Assembly (NCBI GenBank): GCA_964247055.1 | Contig: OZ176056.1 | Span: 4,464,001-4,528,000 of the forward strand | Reading direction: 5' to 3' | Source of the DNA: Paragordius varius | Lineage: Eukaryota; Animalia; Nematomorpha | Length of the DNA: 64,000 nucleotides | Shown here: in pieces, positions 13,601-24,387 of the stretch | Layout of the letters: each line of letters opens with the position of its first letter | How positions within the stretch are numbered: position 1 is the stretch's first letter | Position numbers and translations under genes: made by a program | Notes under the pieces: generated by a model | Told to the model about the DNA's origin: nothing | Databases searched by the model: none | Seen by the model: only the letters and a program-made list of their open reading frames with translations

Positions 13601-16333
13601 ATTCCCACTCATGCAAAATTCCAAAACAATACAGTATAAATTTTTTTACACTCATAAACCAGATGACAAAAAAATAAAAAACAATACTTTTTGTATTTTG
13701 ATATGTATGTTTTTTTACTGAATAAAATCTGAATGTTAAGATTTTAATAGTGATAACCAGAAAATAATCAAAAAAATTATTTTAATATAGTTTCATATAA
13801 TTTTTTTAAGTGTGTTAAAAGAAAAACAGCATCTTTTGACTTGCGATATTATAAAAATCCCTACTATATGATGTTAGGCTATTTATATATTGAAAATATT
13901 TCTTAAAATGATAATAAACCATATTATCTCAAATTTCATCATTATTTTTTGAATAATCCTCAATTAACTTAAATTTTTACTTTTTGACTGATTTCGATTT
14001 TCTCTCCATATTTCAAAAACTATGTGGTAAACTAAAAAAATTTTTACGGCAAATGAATTAGTCATTATCTCATGAAAAAAAAATGTCTTGTTAAAAATTT
14101 TTTTGCACACAGTGTTTAGAAACGTCAAAGCTAACAAACATATTTTTTAAAATCATAGTTTTTTATAAACCCTATTGCCAATTTATACTATTTAATTACA
14201 ATTAGATTGATTTTGTCACCAATTTACATTACTAAACTTTGCAGTTGATTAAAAATAATGAATTATCTATAAGAAAATTAAGTTTAAAAAAGCGGTCTTT
14301 TGAAAAAAATGTGAATTTTTTCAATTTGCCTGTATATTTTCAATTGAGATAATTTTATTTATATAATATATATAAATAAATACTTTACCTTCTATGTAAT
14401 CTACAAAATGTAAAACAAATATAATAAAAAATGGATAAATGATTGTTATTTAAAATTATGATGATGATTGTTGTAAGTCTGTGCTTATTTTTATATAATT
14501 AATGTAAAAATATTATTAAATTTTCTATTTTATCTTTTACTAAAACGTATAATCAATGAAACTTATGGTAAACACAGGGATCTGCCCAATACAAATGGCA
14601 TCGCGGGCTGTATTTTTCTATAAATCTATGGTAAATACTCTAAAAAAATCAGAAAAACACGATAAGTACTATTAATTCACCAAGCTATTTTGTTTCCACA
14701 ATTTGGGCTGATTTAACAAAATTTATTTTATAAATAGCATTAATGTTGCTAATTATGGAATTTTGATATGTATTTCATAATTTGGCACAAAATACAGTCA
14801 TGTATCCGTTATTTTACCAAAAATTTATTTTCGTTCGTTAAATGGGTATAAATATTTGTTAAAGCATGGAAAAACAAGAACACTATGGTATTAACAATAT
14901 CATAATTATCAAAAAATTATAAGAATTACCATTGAGCTCTTATTTTCATTCTTCCAAATATTTATACTCATTTAAGAAAAAAATAAATTTTTGATTAAAG
15001 GATACATTACTGTATCTCAGTGGGCGCCGTATGTCAGAAACCCAAACGCCTGGTTTTAATTTTTTCGTTGTTTTCTAAATATCATTTTCAAGGTTTTCTG
15101 TAAAAAAACAATTCATAGTAAAATACTTGTTTCCTGTAATCCCGTAAAGCCTTCCCAAACACTTGCTAAAATTTATAATTGACAAAAATGTAATATATAT
15201 ATTTATATTTGTGGATAAGTTACACTTACATTGAAAAACTATGCAATATTGTAATATTTAATTTAAAATATATATAATTAAGTATCATTAAAATATTTTT
15301 CAAAATAAATTTATACCTCTTTGCAGTCTGCCTGCCGCTACAAATATAAAAATATCACATTAACTCAAACACAGCAATTGCAAAACATTTTTAGGTTAAT
15401 TATAAATTTTTTATTAACATTTCATTTACAATTTAAATTCACCCCACCCTCGAAAAATTCAAAATCAGTCTTGAACATTCAAATTCACCCTAAAAAATTA
15501 TGTGTTTTCGGGCTATGATAACTCATCCTTAATAAAAAATATATTTTTAAATTTCCTGCATTAAAAATAGGTTATAGGTGATTTTTGATCTTAAAAAACA
15601 CATAATTTATTTTAAATTTAAATATTTCGAGGGTGAATTTGAATTGTTTAAGGGTGAATAATTTGTAGTGTGAATGGTATATCATTTATAAAAATCAAAA
15701 TTTACATTTACACAAAAATAAATTCGGTTATAGGCAAAAATAATTTCTTAAAATTAAAAATTACATTCTGACATTATTGAGGAGTCTATAGAAAAAATAT
15801 ATATATAAAATTATTAGTGTGCAAATAAAAATATTATTTTAGCATTGTCTTGGGATATACATACATTCTTCCATATTATCAGCGCCTAGTGGTTAATTAA
15901 TGTTTTAAAAAATATTTAATATATATCCATACCGATTCTTATAATATCGAGAGCTTAAAGAAAATAAATATTTTTTCATAATTTTTTTAAGTACATACAG
16001 TAAAAATTAAAATTATACGGACAAAACGTAAAATACAAAAGACAAATAATTTTTCTAAACCATACTTTTTAAATCTTATAGAGATATATATTAGTAACCA
16101 ATAAATTTTATATTTTTAAATAAAATAGCTTATATGATTAAATTTAAAGTGTGATTATTTTTTATAAAAAAAATAGTTGTCTTTATAATTTAACGCGTTT
16201 TGTCCGTATAATTTCAATTTTTACTGTAAATTAAATATAAATAGCTATAAGCAAAATAATGTACATGTCATCATAACTTGTGAGGCTAAATTCAACATTG
16301 TAAAACTAACATTACCTAATTGTTCACTGCGTG

Positions 16334-16375
<42 letters not shown>

Positions 16376-19300
16376 GTTTTATTAATCACCACTTGAATGC
16401 AACACATTTATTTCAGTCATTCTATTCAAATTCCTTTTTTAAAAAAAACAGAGTCATTATAAATAAGGCACAATTAATTTCAAAATTATATTCGTAAGTG
16501 ATGTCGATTTTATAAAAACAATTATATGATGGGTATTCTATTGTAGTTTAACATTAAAATTTATTAATATTTAATTAATTTTATAAAGTTAACAGTATTT
16601 TTTGTAATTGTAAAGAATAAGGAATAAGTGATTACATGATAAATTTAATATTATTAGTTGATTAGTATCTATTCTCATAAAAAAATTTAATACAGTAAAA
16701 ATTGATACCATACAGTTAAAAAAACATAAAGACAAATATATTGTTCAAAAAGACCGCTATACCTTTTTTAAATCTTTATTTTGCAATATATAACTCATTT
16801 TTTTATATTGCATAGTATGAAATATACATGTAAAATGGCAACACAATCAATTATATATTTTTAAATTGTAATTAGTGTATATAGGAAAAATTAAGGTTTA
16901 AATAAGTATGGTTGTTGTCTGTTAAAAAAATATTTGTCTTTATAATTTTACGTTTTATCCGTATAATTTCGATTTTGACTGTAAATACATATACTTTGTG
17001 GTCGAGGTAGGTTTTCATTGACGGACACGTCACCTATTAATTGATTTTATAAATTATTTTTTTTCGTATAAAAAGCTAATAAAGTACTTTATTATTTTTA
17101 ATATTATACCATTGCTGCTTTCAGTATCAAATCTATTTTCTTCAGAGTTCGGTTCGCTGTTAACTGGATCATCTACTAAGTGTTATATGTTAAATACATT
17201 AATGACATTTTGAATTAAAATTATAGGGTGTATAGATTTGATAAAGTTATTGTTTTGTTTTCTGCAGTTTTAATAAAGTTGTAATATATTTTTATATAGA
17301 ATTTAAATTTTTTGACTAAATTTAAATGAGATAAATAGATAGCCTAATTAACAGAAAGATATATATAATAATTTTTTTTAATTATTTTTTTAACCCTTTT
17401 AAACTACACTTAAAATAATTTTCAAACCTTAAAATATTTTTTTATTTAAACAAAATGTGCGATTTATCAAAGTTTTTATAAGACATAAAAAATTATTTGC
17501 AGATTAATGTTATTTATACTCCCCATAATTAACATATAATAAATTATACTCTGTAGTTCAGATCCATTTTCATCCGAAAATAAATCATCATCAAGGTTGT
17601 CTTCTACATATTGCACAAAAATTATTTAATTTTTTTTATTTTTATTAAATTTTTGTTATGGAATAACCTTCATCACCCTCAATTCCAATCTCATCTTCAA
17701 AGTCATCAGGTGAATTTTCTTCGACTTTTTGATTAAATATAATTTATTATGATCATTATATAAATATTTGTTTTCGTGCATAAATAAACTATATATTTTG
17801 TAAGAAGTTTATTTTTTAAACTTAATATATATGGTTTATTTTAAAGATTGGATTCAAAGGCGCAAAGGGAAAGGGGACCTAATGAAACGGGCCCATAGTT
17901 TAAGGGGGGCCGGATTCTAAATTTTTTTATTTAATTTCAAAAAAATAGTTATTAAAAAATTTTTATTATTAAAAAATCATTCATTTATGAGTGGTCATGA
18001 CCAAGGTTGGGGACAAGAAGAGGCCATCACGGACTGGGCGTCAGAAATGCAAGTTACGTCTCTGATTGAATTGGTTAAGATCGCTTGTACATATTTATTA
18101 TTTTTCGTTCTTTGGTAAAAGTGTTAAAATTAGTTAGCTATTTATAGTGTTTTCACTATAACTTGCGAAAAAACTAAGATAAATTAAAATTTCTTACTAT
18201 ATATTCAAGATTTTGTTCAAAGTTTTAATTTTAACAAAATTTCACTCGGCTTACACAGATTGGTTATGAAATTATATGATAAACTAGCCTAAATCTCATG
18301 CTGCTACGCAGACCGAGGAAGTTTCGGACTTCTGGGGGGGGGGGGGGGGGAGGAGGGGGGGCTATTTGAAAAAAGAGACAATAAAATGATCCATATATGT
18401 GGATTACAAAACATTATTCAATAGCTATGATATAGGATTATCAAAACGGTTCATTCATACTAATATATTGTTTACTGTTGTAAAGGCCCTAAATTGACTA
18501 ACGGAAAAAACCGCTATGCTATAATATTCATTTTTATGTGTAATATTTAAAGCCTTTAATGAACTCCTATGGCTTTTAAGTTTTTTAAAATTAGCTCCAA
18601 AGCTACGCCATTTTTGTATGGCGTCTCAGTTTTAAACCGGTAGGCCCCTACCCACAGGCCTATATGGAAAAAGCGCTAAGTTAACTTTTTTGCCTTTATA
18701 GGCAAATATTTGGAATCATCTTTGAGACCATCGTCTCATGGGTTATATTCGGAATAATACCTCAACACTAAATAATCGTTATATGATGGCGTATTTTTAG
18801 GGCATAAAGGCACTAAATTAACGACTAATAAAAAAGGCCTGGCATAATTTTTACCTAGTTACGGGTAACATTTCAAACAAATGAGTTCATATGGCATTAG
18901 TTTTAAATAAGTTCCAAAACAACAATTCCTATATAGTGGCACAGTTTTTGGCGAGCTTCTTACCCAGAGGCAGGTATAAAATAGCGACGGGGAAAATATT
19001 TGGCTTTATATGGGGAATATCTGGAATTATAATGTCCATATTATTTTTATAAGCTCTTGGAAATATTGCTTCAAAACCCAAAAATTGTTCTATGGCGGCA
19101 AATTTTTTTGTTTTTTAAGGGCTAATAAATATTTTAGGCCCTTATTGAACTCACATAGTCTCATAAGTTTTCTGAAATTTGGCTCTAAAGGCATGCTGTA
19201 TCGATATAATGACTTTTTACGCGGATAGCCCTCTACCCAGAGCCTATTTAACCGCTAAATTAAAAAATCAGCTCGACTAAAATTTTTGCCTTTTAACAGG

Positions 19301-22300
19301 GAATACCTGAAATCCTTATTGAATTTTAACAGTCTCATACTTTGGGCGAAAAATAGTTTCAAAAAATTATTTTTGTGGACTTGATTTTTTTGAAAAAAAA
19401 TGGCATTTTACGGTGGGAGCGGGTAAAAAGAGAGCCTAAATTTAAAAAGCGAGCCGACTATGTTCGGCGCAATCGAAAATAAGTAAAAAAAATCACATTT
19501 GAAATCGAATGGTCCAACACGTTTTCCGGAAAATTGTCTCAAAGTGACAATTTTTGTGGACTTCTGTTTTCAAAATAACCGTTTCTTACGCGGGGTGGGC
19601 CCGAACCCGAGGCCTAATTCAAAAAAGGGCGAAGCTATTGTCGGGGCATTCATTAATGATTATATTTTTTCGGTATGACTTGAATGGGTTTACCGGTTTT
19701 CCGGAAACAGATCACAAAGCCACTCCTTTCCATTTTTATAAATATATAGATTACAAATTAGATTCCCATTATTTTTTAATATTTTATTGCATAATCCAAC
19801 TACATAAAAAATCCAATTAATCCCGCCAATGAATACAAGCGACAGCAACACAATATATATGAAACTCAACTCTTTTAAAAACACGATATAAATTTATGTT
19901 TCAAAATAAAATATTACTTGGTGGTGCTGTTGTCGTGGATTGTAGGTTTGATTCTGGTGTCACATCATCTGTAAGGTTAGTATGATAAAAATTAAGTTTA
20001 ATCAAAATAGAATTATCTTAAAAATAAGATGAAAAATAGAGGTCAATAAAATTATAATTCACTGAATTATTATTTGTATTAATTTGATATACGTGGTTTA
20101 TTAAACAATCAAAAGTTTAATCTGTATGAATCGGTAAAATTGATATATACATTTCTAAATAACAGAATTTTAATTAAAATAACTCGCTAAAGTACATCAA
20201 CTCATCAATGTTGTTTCCTTAAATATTTAATAAATTCAAACTAGCAATGTTTATGGTCTTAAAATAAACCTATTTAAAAGTCTGATAACTATTTTAAAAC
20301 TATAACCTGGTTGAGTAATCCCTTCTGTTTGGACAGCTACTTTTTTTAGGTGTGAATTAGTCTTCGAAAATCATTAAATTGAAAACAATACAATTTGTAT
20401 GGGTTAATGATGTCGCGATTATATATTATAGCTGCTTAAAATTAGTTTTGTTTTTATGTTTTAAAAACGATCATTTTATTATAATACAAGGAATATAAAT
20501 CTTAATCTAAGACTGTAGAATAATTTTGATACATATTCTATTTGCACTTCAAGAGTCCTTAAACACTTCATGTTGGTCCTTGTACATTTAATGGTCCTTG
20601 AACATTTCAAGTTTGTCCTTGAACACTTCAAAGTGGTTCTAAAACACTTCAAGGTGGTCTTAAAAGACTTTAAGGTGGTCCTAAAACACTTCAAGTTGGT
20701 CCTTTAAAGTTTTAAATTTTAATTTAATCATAATTTTTGCATTTATTTTTTTAATTTATTAATTTTTTACCTAAATTACTTTATTTATAATATTATAGAT
20801 TCAAAAATTAAAATTTTGTTCAAAAACTACTTTGTTTCAAAATAAATTTTTTCCATTTCACAAAATTATTAACTTTTAAATGTTTCCATGAAAAATTGTA
20901 AATAACAACCCAGAAAACATATATTTTTCAATTTCGTGAATCTTATAAATATCCAAATTAATTTTGAGAAATTAAAAAAGATAACGGTTTATCAATGATT
21001 AAAAGTTGATATTGATTTAAAATTTATGTTAAATAATTAAAATAGGTCAAAAACGATAAAATAGATGAATGATATACGATTTGATTAGTCAAAAACTAAA
21101 CAAATAAGTCAAAGGATTAACTTGAATAGCACTGCTCAACAAGGTTTTGCACAACTCCATTATTTTTGCATTTTCTGATACCTAATGGCATGGAAAGGCC
21201 AAAACAAAAATGAAAATTGAGGCCACCAATAGGATTTTTCCGAAATTTAATTTTTAAATTTGTATTTAATTTAAAAATAACAATCATTCCTCGTGTATAT
21301 ATGTTTAAATATTCAAACGAACAAGTCGATACAAGTAATATTCCATGCATGAATAACAAAATTCTAGGCATTAAATAAGATACTAAACAAGCTAAGAGCC
21401 AAAGTATTCAAAATCTAAAAAGGGCTTATGTATAGTGTGATAGATCCGGGCGGCTGCACAAGCTCTGCATATCCCCCAAGCCATCAAATTATGCCAGATA
21501 TGGCAAAGATAACAATAAGTAATCGTAAAGCCCGATAAGAGAGACTTGCAAGCAAAATCCAGTCAAATTGACATGTCGAATTAACCAATTCACAGAATAA
21601 AGTTAGATAAATTCTACAATTAAATTGAATAAATAGACTAAGTAAATACAAATGGTCCAATCCCATAATAGTAAATTCTACTAAAAGTGGCTACACAACA
21701 TCCATCTGAAATTAAAAATACAAAACAACCAATAATTTTAAAAAATAAAGTATATCCACTAGGTATAAATAAAGGATTTTTTGTAAGAACCAACTCAAGA
21801 AAAAAAGCCTAATAAGTACTCGAAATAACGAAAACTAGCAAAAAAATATAGCCTATCTAAAAGCCGAATGTTTAAACCATAGAATGCCTTTTTTAGTATT
21901 TTTTTAAAAAATTTTTATACGTATTAAAAATTCACTTGAAAGAAAAAGACTAAATTTTGACGTTTAAGTCCGTACTATTTTTTTCTCTCTGATAAATGAC
22001 ATATTTATATTCAAAAGATAGAGTTTATAACTATTAAATGATATTAAGTTTATAATATAATAACATTTTATTATAAAGTTATATATAATTTTCTCTCGAT
22101 TTTCTCTTGTTTTTGAAAAATTGAAAAACCTATAATATTTTAAAATTCTGATTGGCGGGATCAAAAAAATTTTCACATTCGGTTTTAAAACACTAAAATT
22201 AGTCATAATTTAAAAGTTTGAGTGGTGGTGCTCAAAAATGTCCAAATTTGTCGACTAGTGTAGTCCAAGGACAAACTTGAAATGTTCAAGGATATTCTTG

Positions 22301-22960
22301 AAGTGCAAATGATATATATAGATTAAAAAATATAGACTTTGAGGTTGGACATTTTGAGCCATTGCATTTATTCCAGAAGGTCCGGCGACGCCAGCTAATT
22401 GTGATGTAGCACTTGAACTTGCCCCAATTATTACACCTAGGTTTTTGCGTTTTGTAATTTTTTAATTTGAATTCAAAATAAAATTTATGAATTAAGACAA
22501 AATAATAAAGTTTTACCACCAATTGCTCCTTAATTACATAAAAAAAATAAGTATTCAAACAATGTAGTTGTCATAAATGACATATTTGAACTAAATATAT
22601 ACCTACTCCCCCAACTATATTACATATTATTTAAATGTGATTGAAACCTGTCAATGGTATAACTCCAATCGGAACAATAGATTTGTCAGTGTTATCTTGA
22701 AAAAAATAAATACATTTTTTAAAAAAATTTTTTGCAAAAGGTTGATGAGAAGCTCTGAAAATTTTATACATATAAGTTTTAATATTGTTTCTTTATAATT
22801 CATAAAATAAGAAAAATCCAACAATAGTTTACCAATATATGAAATATAAAAAATAAATTTTGAATGTAAATACCCGATTTTAGCCCAGATTTAAATTTGG
22901 GAATATTGCGAAACTCTGAAGTCCCATTGTTTTTCAATATTTGTTGGTTATTTAAAATTT
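10655..22960 (-). CDS. Micro-exon gene paralog B (31 exons found, ~318 aa; start exon not identified)
   Basis: Exons 5'->3': 22874-22960, 22648-22695, 22603-22614, 22517-22528, 22338-22436, 20307-20336, 19918-19968, 17668-17724, 17550-17603, 17110-17175, 16995-17033, 16316-16333, 16265-16285, 15933-15953, 15865-15885, 15765-15785, 15317-15337, 15230-15238, 15127-15165, 14389-14400, 12813-12833, 12555-12575, 12498-12518, 12437-12457, 12359-12379, 12199-12216, 12064-12090, 11809-11829, 10826-10846, 10744-10758, 10655-10665 (TGA). Translation: ILNNQQILKNNGTSEFRNIPKFKSGLKSDNTDKSIVPIGVIPLTVGGVGAIGGVIIGASSSATSQLAGVAGPSGINAMAQNVQPQTVQTEGITQPDDVTPESNLQSTTTAPPIEENSPDDFEDEIGIEGDEEDNLDDDLFSDENGSELQIDDPVNSEPNSEENRFDTESSNGDVSVNENLPRPQTRSEQLASQVMMTSLDIIRIGADNMEEYSSIMSESAGRLQRVFQSSVWEGFTGLQETNYIEVLRNNIERVRGILDTMEADVLAMEQLAIDTNNVLREPIPEQEVLKNGVKFETIEYLTDILDTDEYVDEIAES*. 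Confidence 0.88.
12609..12805. mobile_element. ~200-bp palindromic MITE (CAGTATGCATTTTAATGG); target of the Buster insertion in C and D
   Basis: Near end-to-end inverted repeat with TA flanks. Confidence 0.85.
12937..14114. mobile_element. MITE family 1 copy, specific to gene B
   Basis: CACTGTGTGC...GCACACAGTG termini. Absent at the paralogous positions 36810 and 60060. Confidence 0.85.
16336..16372. repeat. (AT)n abutting the same acceptor, gene B
   Basis: About (AT)18. Confidence 0.95.
16693..16981. mobile_element. MITE family 2 (TA|CAGTAAAAATTGAAATTATACGGAC)
   Basis: 230-300 bp elements with ~40-bp TIRs. Other copies at approx. 8026-8311, 8610-8885, 15998-16226, 29469-29696, 29825-30065, 39666-39945, 41192-41480, 51822-52027, 52167-52405, 62957-63206. 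Confidence 0.85.
17855..18064. mobile_element. Small hAT MITE (paralogous copy 42376-42580)
   Basis: CAAAGGCGCA...TACG(T/C)CTCTG with near-perfect 8-bp TSD ATTGGATT/ATTGAATT. Confidence 0.75.
18284..19750 (-). mobile_element. Non-autonomous Helitron H1 (long variant)
   Basis: On the minus strand it starts A|TCTATATAT and ends CTAG|T, with a GC hairpin ~7 nt inside the CTAG end. No TSD. Shared with H6. Confidence 0.85.
20537..22312. mobile_element. Inverted-repeat (foldback-like) element with 21-nt subterminal tandem repeats, in the gene B intron
   Basis: ATTTGCACTTCAAGA at left and TCTTGAAGTGCAAAT at right. About eight ~21-nt repeats (tccttgaacacttcaagttgg-like) at 20556-20705, with inverted copies at the right end. 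Absent from C, where this intron is short (45046-45097). Confidence 0.8.
21130..22260. mobile_element. CACTA/CMC-like non-autonomous element, insertion 1
   Basis: Ends CACTGCTCAACAA...TTGTCGACTAGTG with 3-bp TSD TAG. Nested in a larger inverted-repeat element in gene B. Superfamily assignment is inferred only from the CACT termini and 3-bp TSD. Confidence 0.82.
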
Positions 22961-24387
22961 CTAAATGCAGGAAAAATGTTAATAAATTTGATAAAAAAAT
23001 ATTTTAAAAAAATAATGGTGACACAGGCACACGACTCATTTTTAAACGCCCTCATAAATAATTTCAAATTAATTAAAAATATCTTAAATAATTCTTAGGC
23101 TTAGGTTAAATGATATTCGTACTAATGATAATGATATTATTCATAAAAGTACAAAATAAATTGTTTTCATATTAAGTTAATAAGATTAAAATTATATCTT
23201 AGCTGTTTTTAGCCACATATAAGGTTATTAACTTATTTTGCGTCCAAAACAAGTTTTATCAATAAATAATTAGTTATTATATTAAAAAAGTAAAAATCAT
23301 CTTTACTTTAAAACTTAAATTATATTAATTACATATTAGCCCACACTCAAAATATTTGAGTATCTTTCTTCACCTTGAACTAAAGCAAATATTTGTATAA
23401 TTTTCGAAACAAGTTGAGATAGGTTAAGGGGGGGGGGGGGGTGCAAATGACTTGGCTTATTTATTGATTTTTATTATATAAAGCCAACCTCAAAATTGAT
23501 TTGATATTATCATTATGAGTCCACTAAAATATTTAACAACCATCTTATTTTAGGTGCTTATGGCAACTTTTTTGGGAATCTCAAAACCAAGTATATATTT
23601 AATTAAGATAATTTTATAACAAGAGTTAAACTATAAAAATGATGTTAAAACAAAGACATTTTTTATGAGAAATGATTATAGTTTCTAAATATTTTATTTC
23701 CTGAGTAAGGTAATATTAAAAAAACTAAAGTCTCTTTTTTTCTTCATATATTAAGGTAAGAACTTAAACTATATCAGGACTTGTAAAAGCTTTGACACTC
23801 GCCTACCCATATTTTATATTTCATATAAAATTTCATTTTTGATCAATATTTAATATTCAAAATTTCTGAAACAAAAATATGTAACAAATTTATATTTAAA
23901 ACCGAATAAAGCTTACAATCGATAGAACACACTTTAAAATCTAATAATTGTTTTAGGGATCATCATTTATAACATACGGATTTCAATTACTTTTTATAAA
24001 AAGCAAACGATTTTAAAATTTTTATATATGGGATAATAATTTATCATCTGACTTATTTTTCATATTCCACTAGTAGATGACTAGAGTATTAAATATAATT
24101 TTTGCTATATTCTAAAAAACAACTATTTATATAACTATAGAAAATTTAAAATGAGAAATGCGTGAGATAGCTCGAATTTATAAAATTTTGGGGTTTTGCT
24201 AGACATGCTAAAATCATTTAACGATTATTCAAAAACAATAAACGATAAAATGACATATTTTTAAAATTTTGATTTCTAATTTCAATGCCATGCATTTTCT
24301 ATATCTGTACTTAAGGATGTAATAAACTAGTCCGTAAACATTTGAAAGCTTTTATATTTATGTATTAAAAAATTTTTAATCATTATA

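Noticed and set aside
14230-14296. Candidate terminal exon DRFFKL...
   Set aside because: Tails and stops differ among B, C and D, and a conserved exon chain continues downstream. It cannot be fully excluded as a minor alternative end.
15011-15049. Candidate 39-nt exon VWVSDIRRPLRY in B
   Set aside because: It coincides with the terminal repeat of a hAT-like MITE, and C and D lack a compatible donor.
20479-20694. Track ORF with repeated KCFRTTL units
   Set aside because: It is the translation of a transposon subterminal tandem repeat, absent from paralog C.
20556-20705. CRISPR-like periodicity
   Set aside because: Repeats are contiguous with no unique spacers, the context is eukaryotic, and there are no cas genes.
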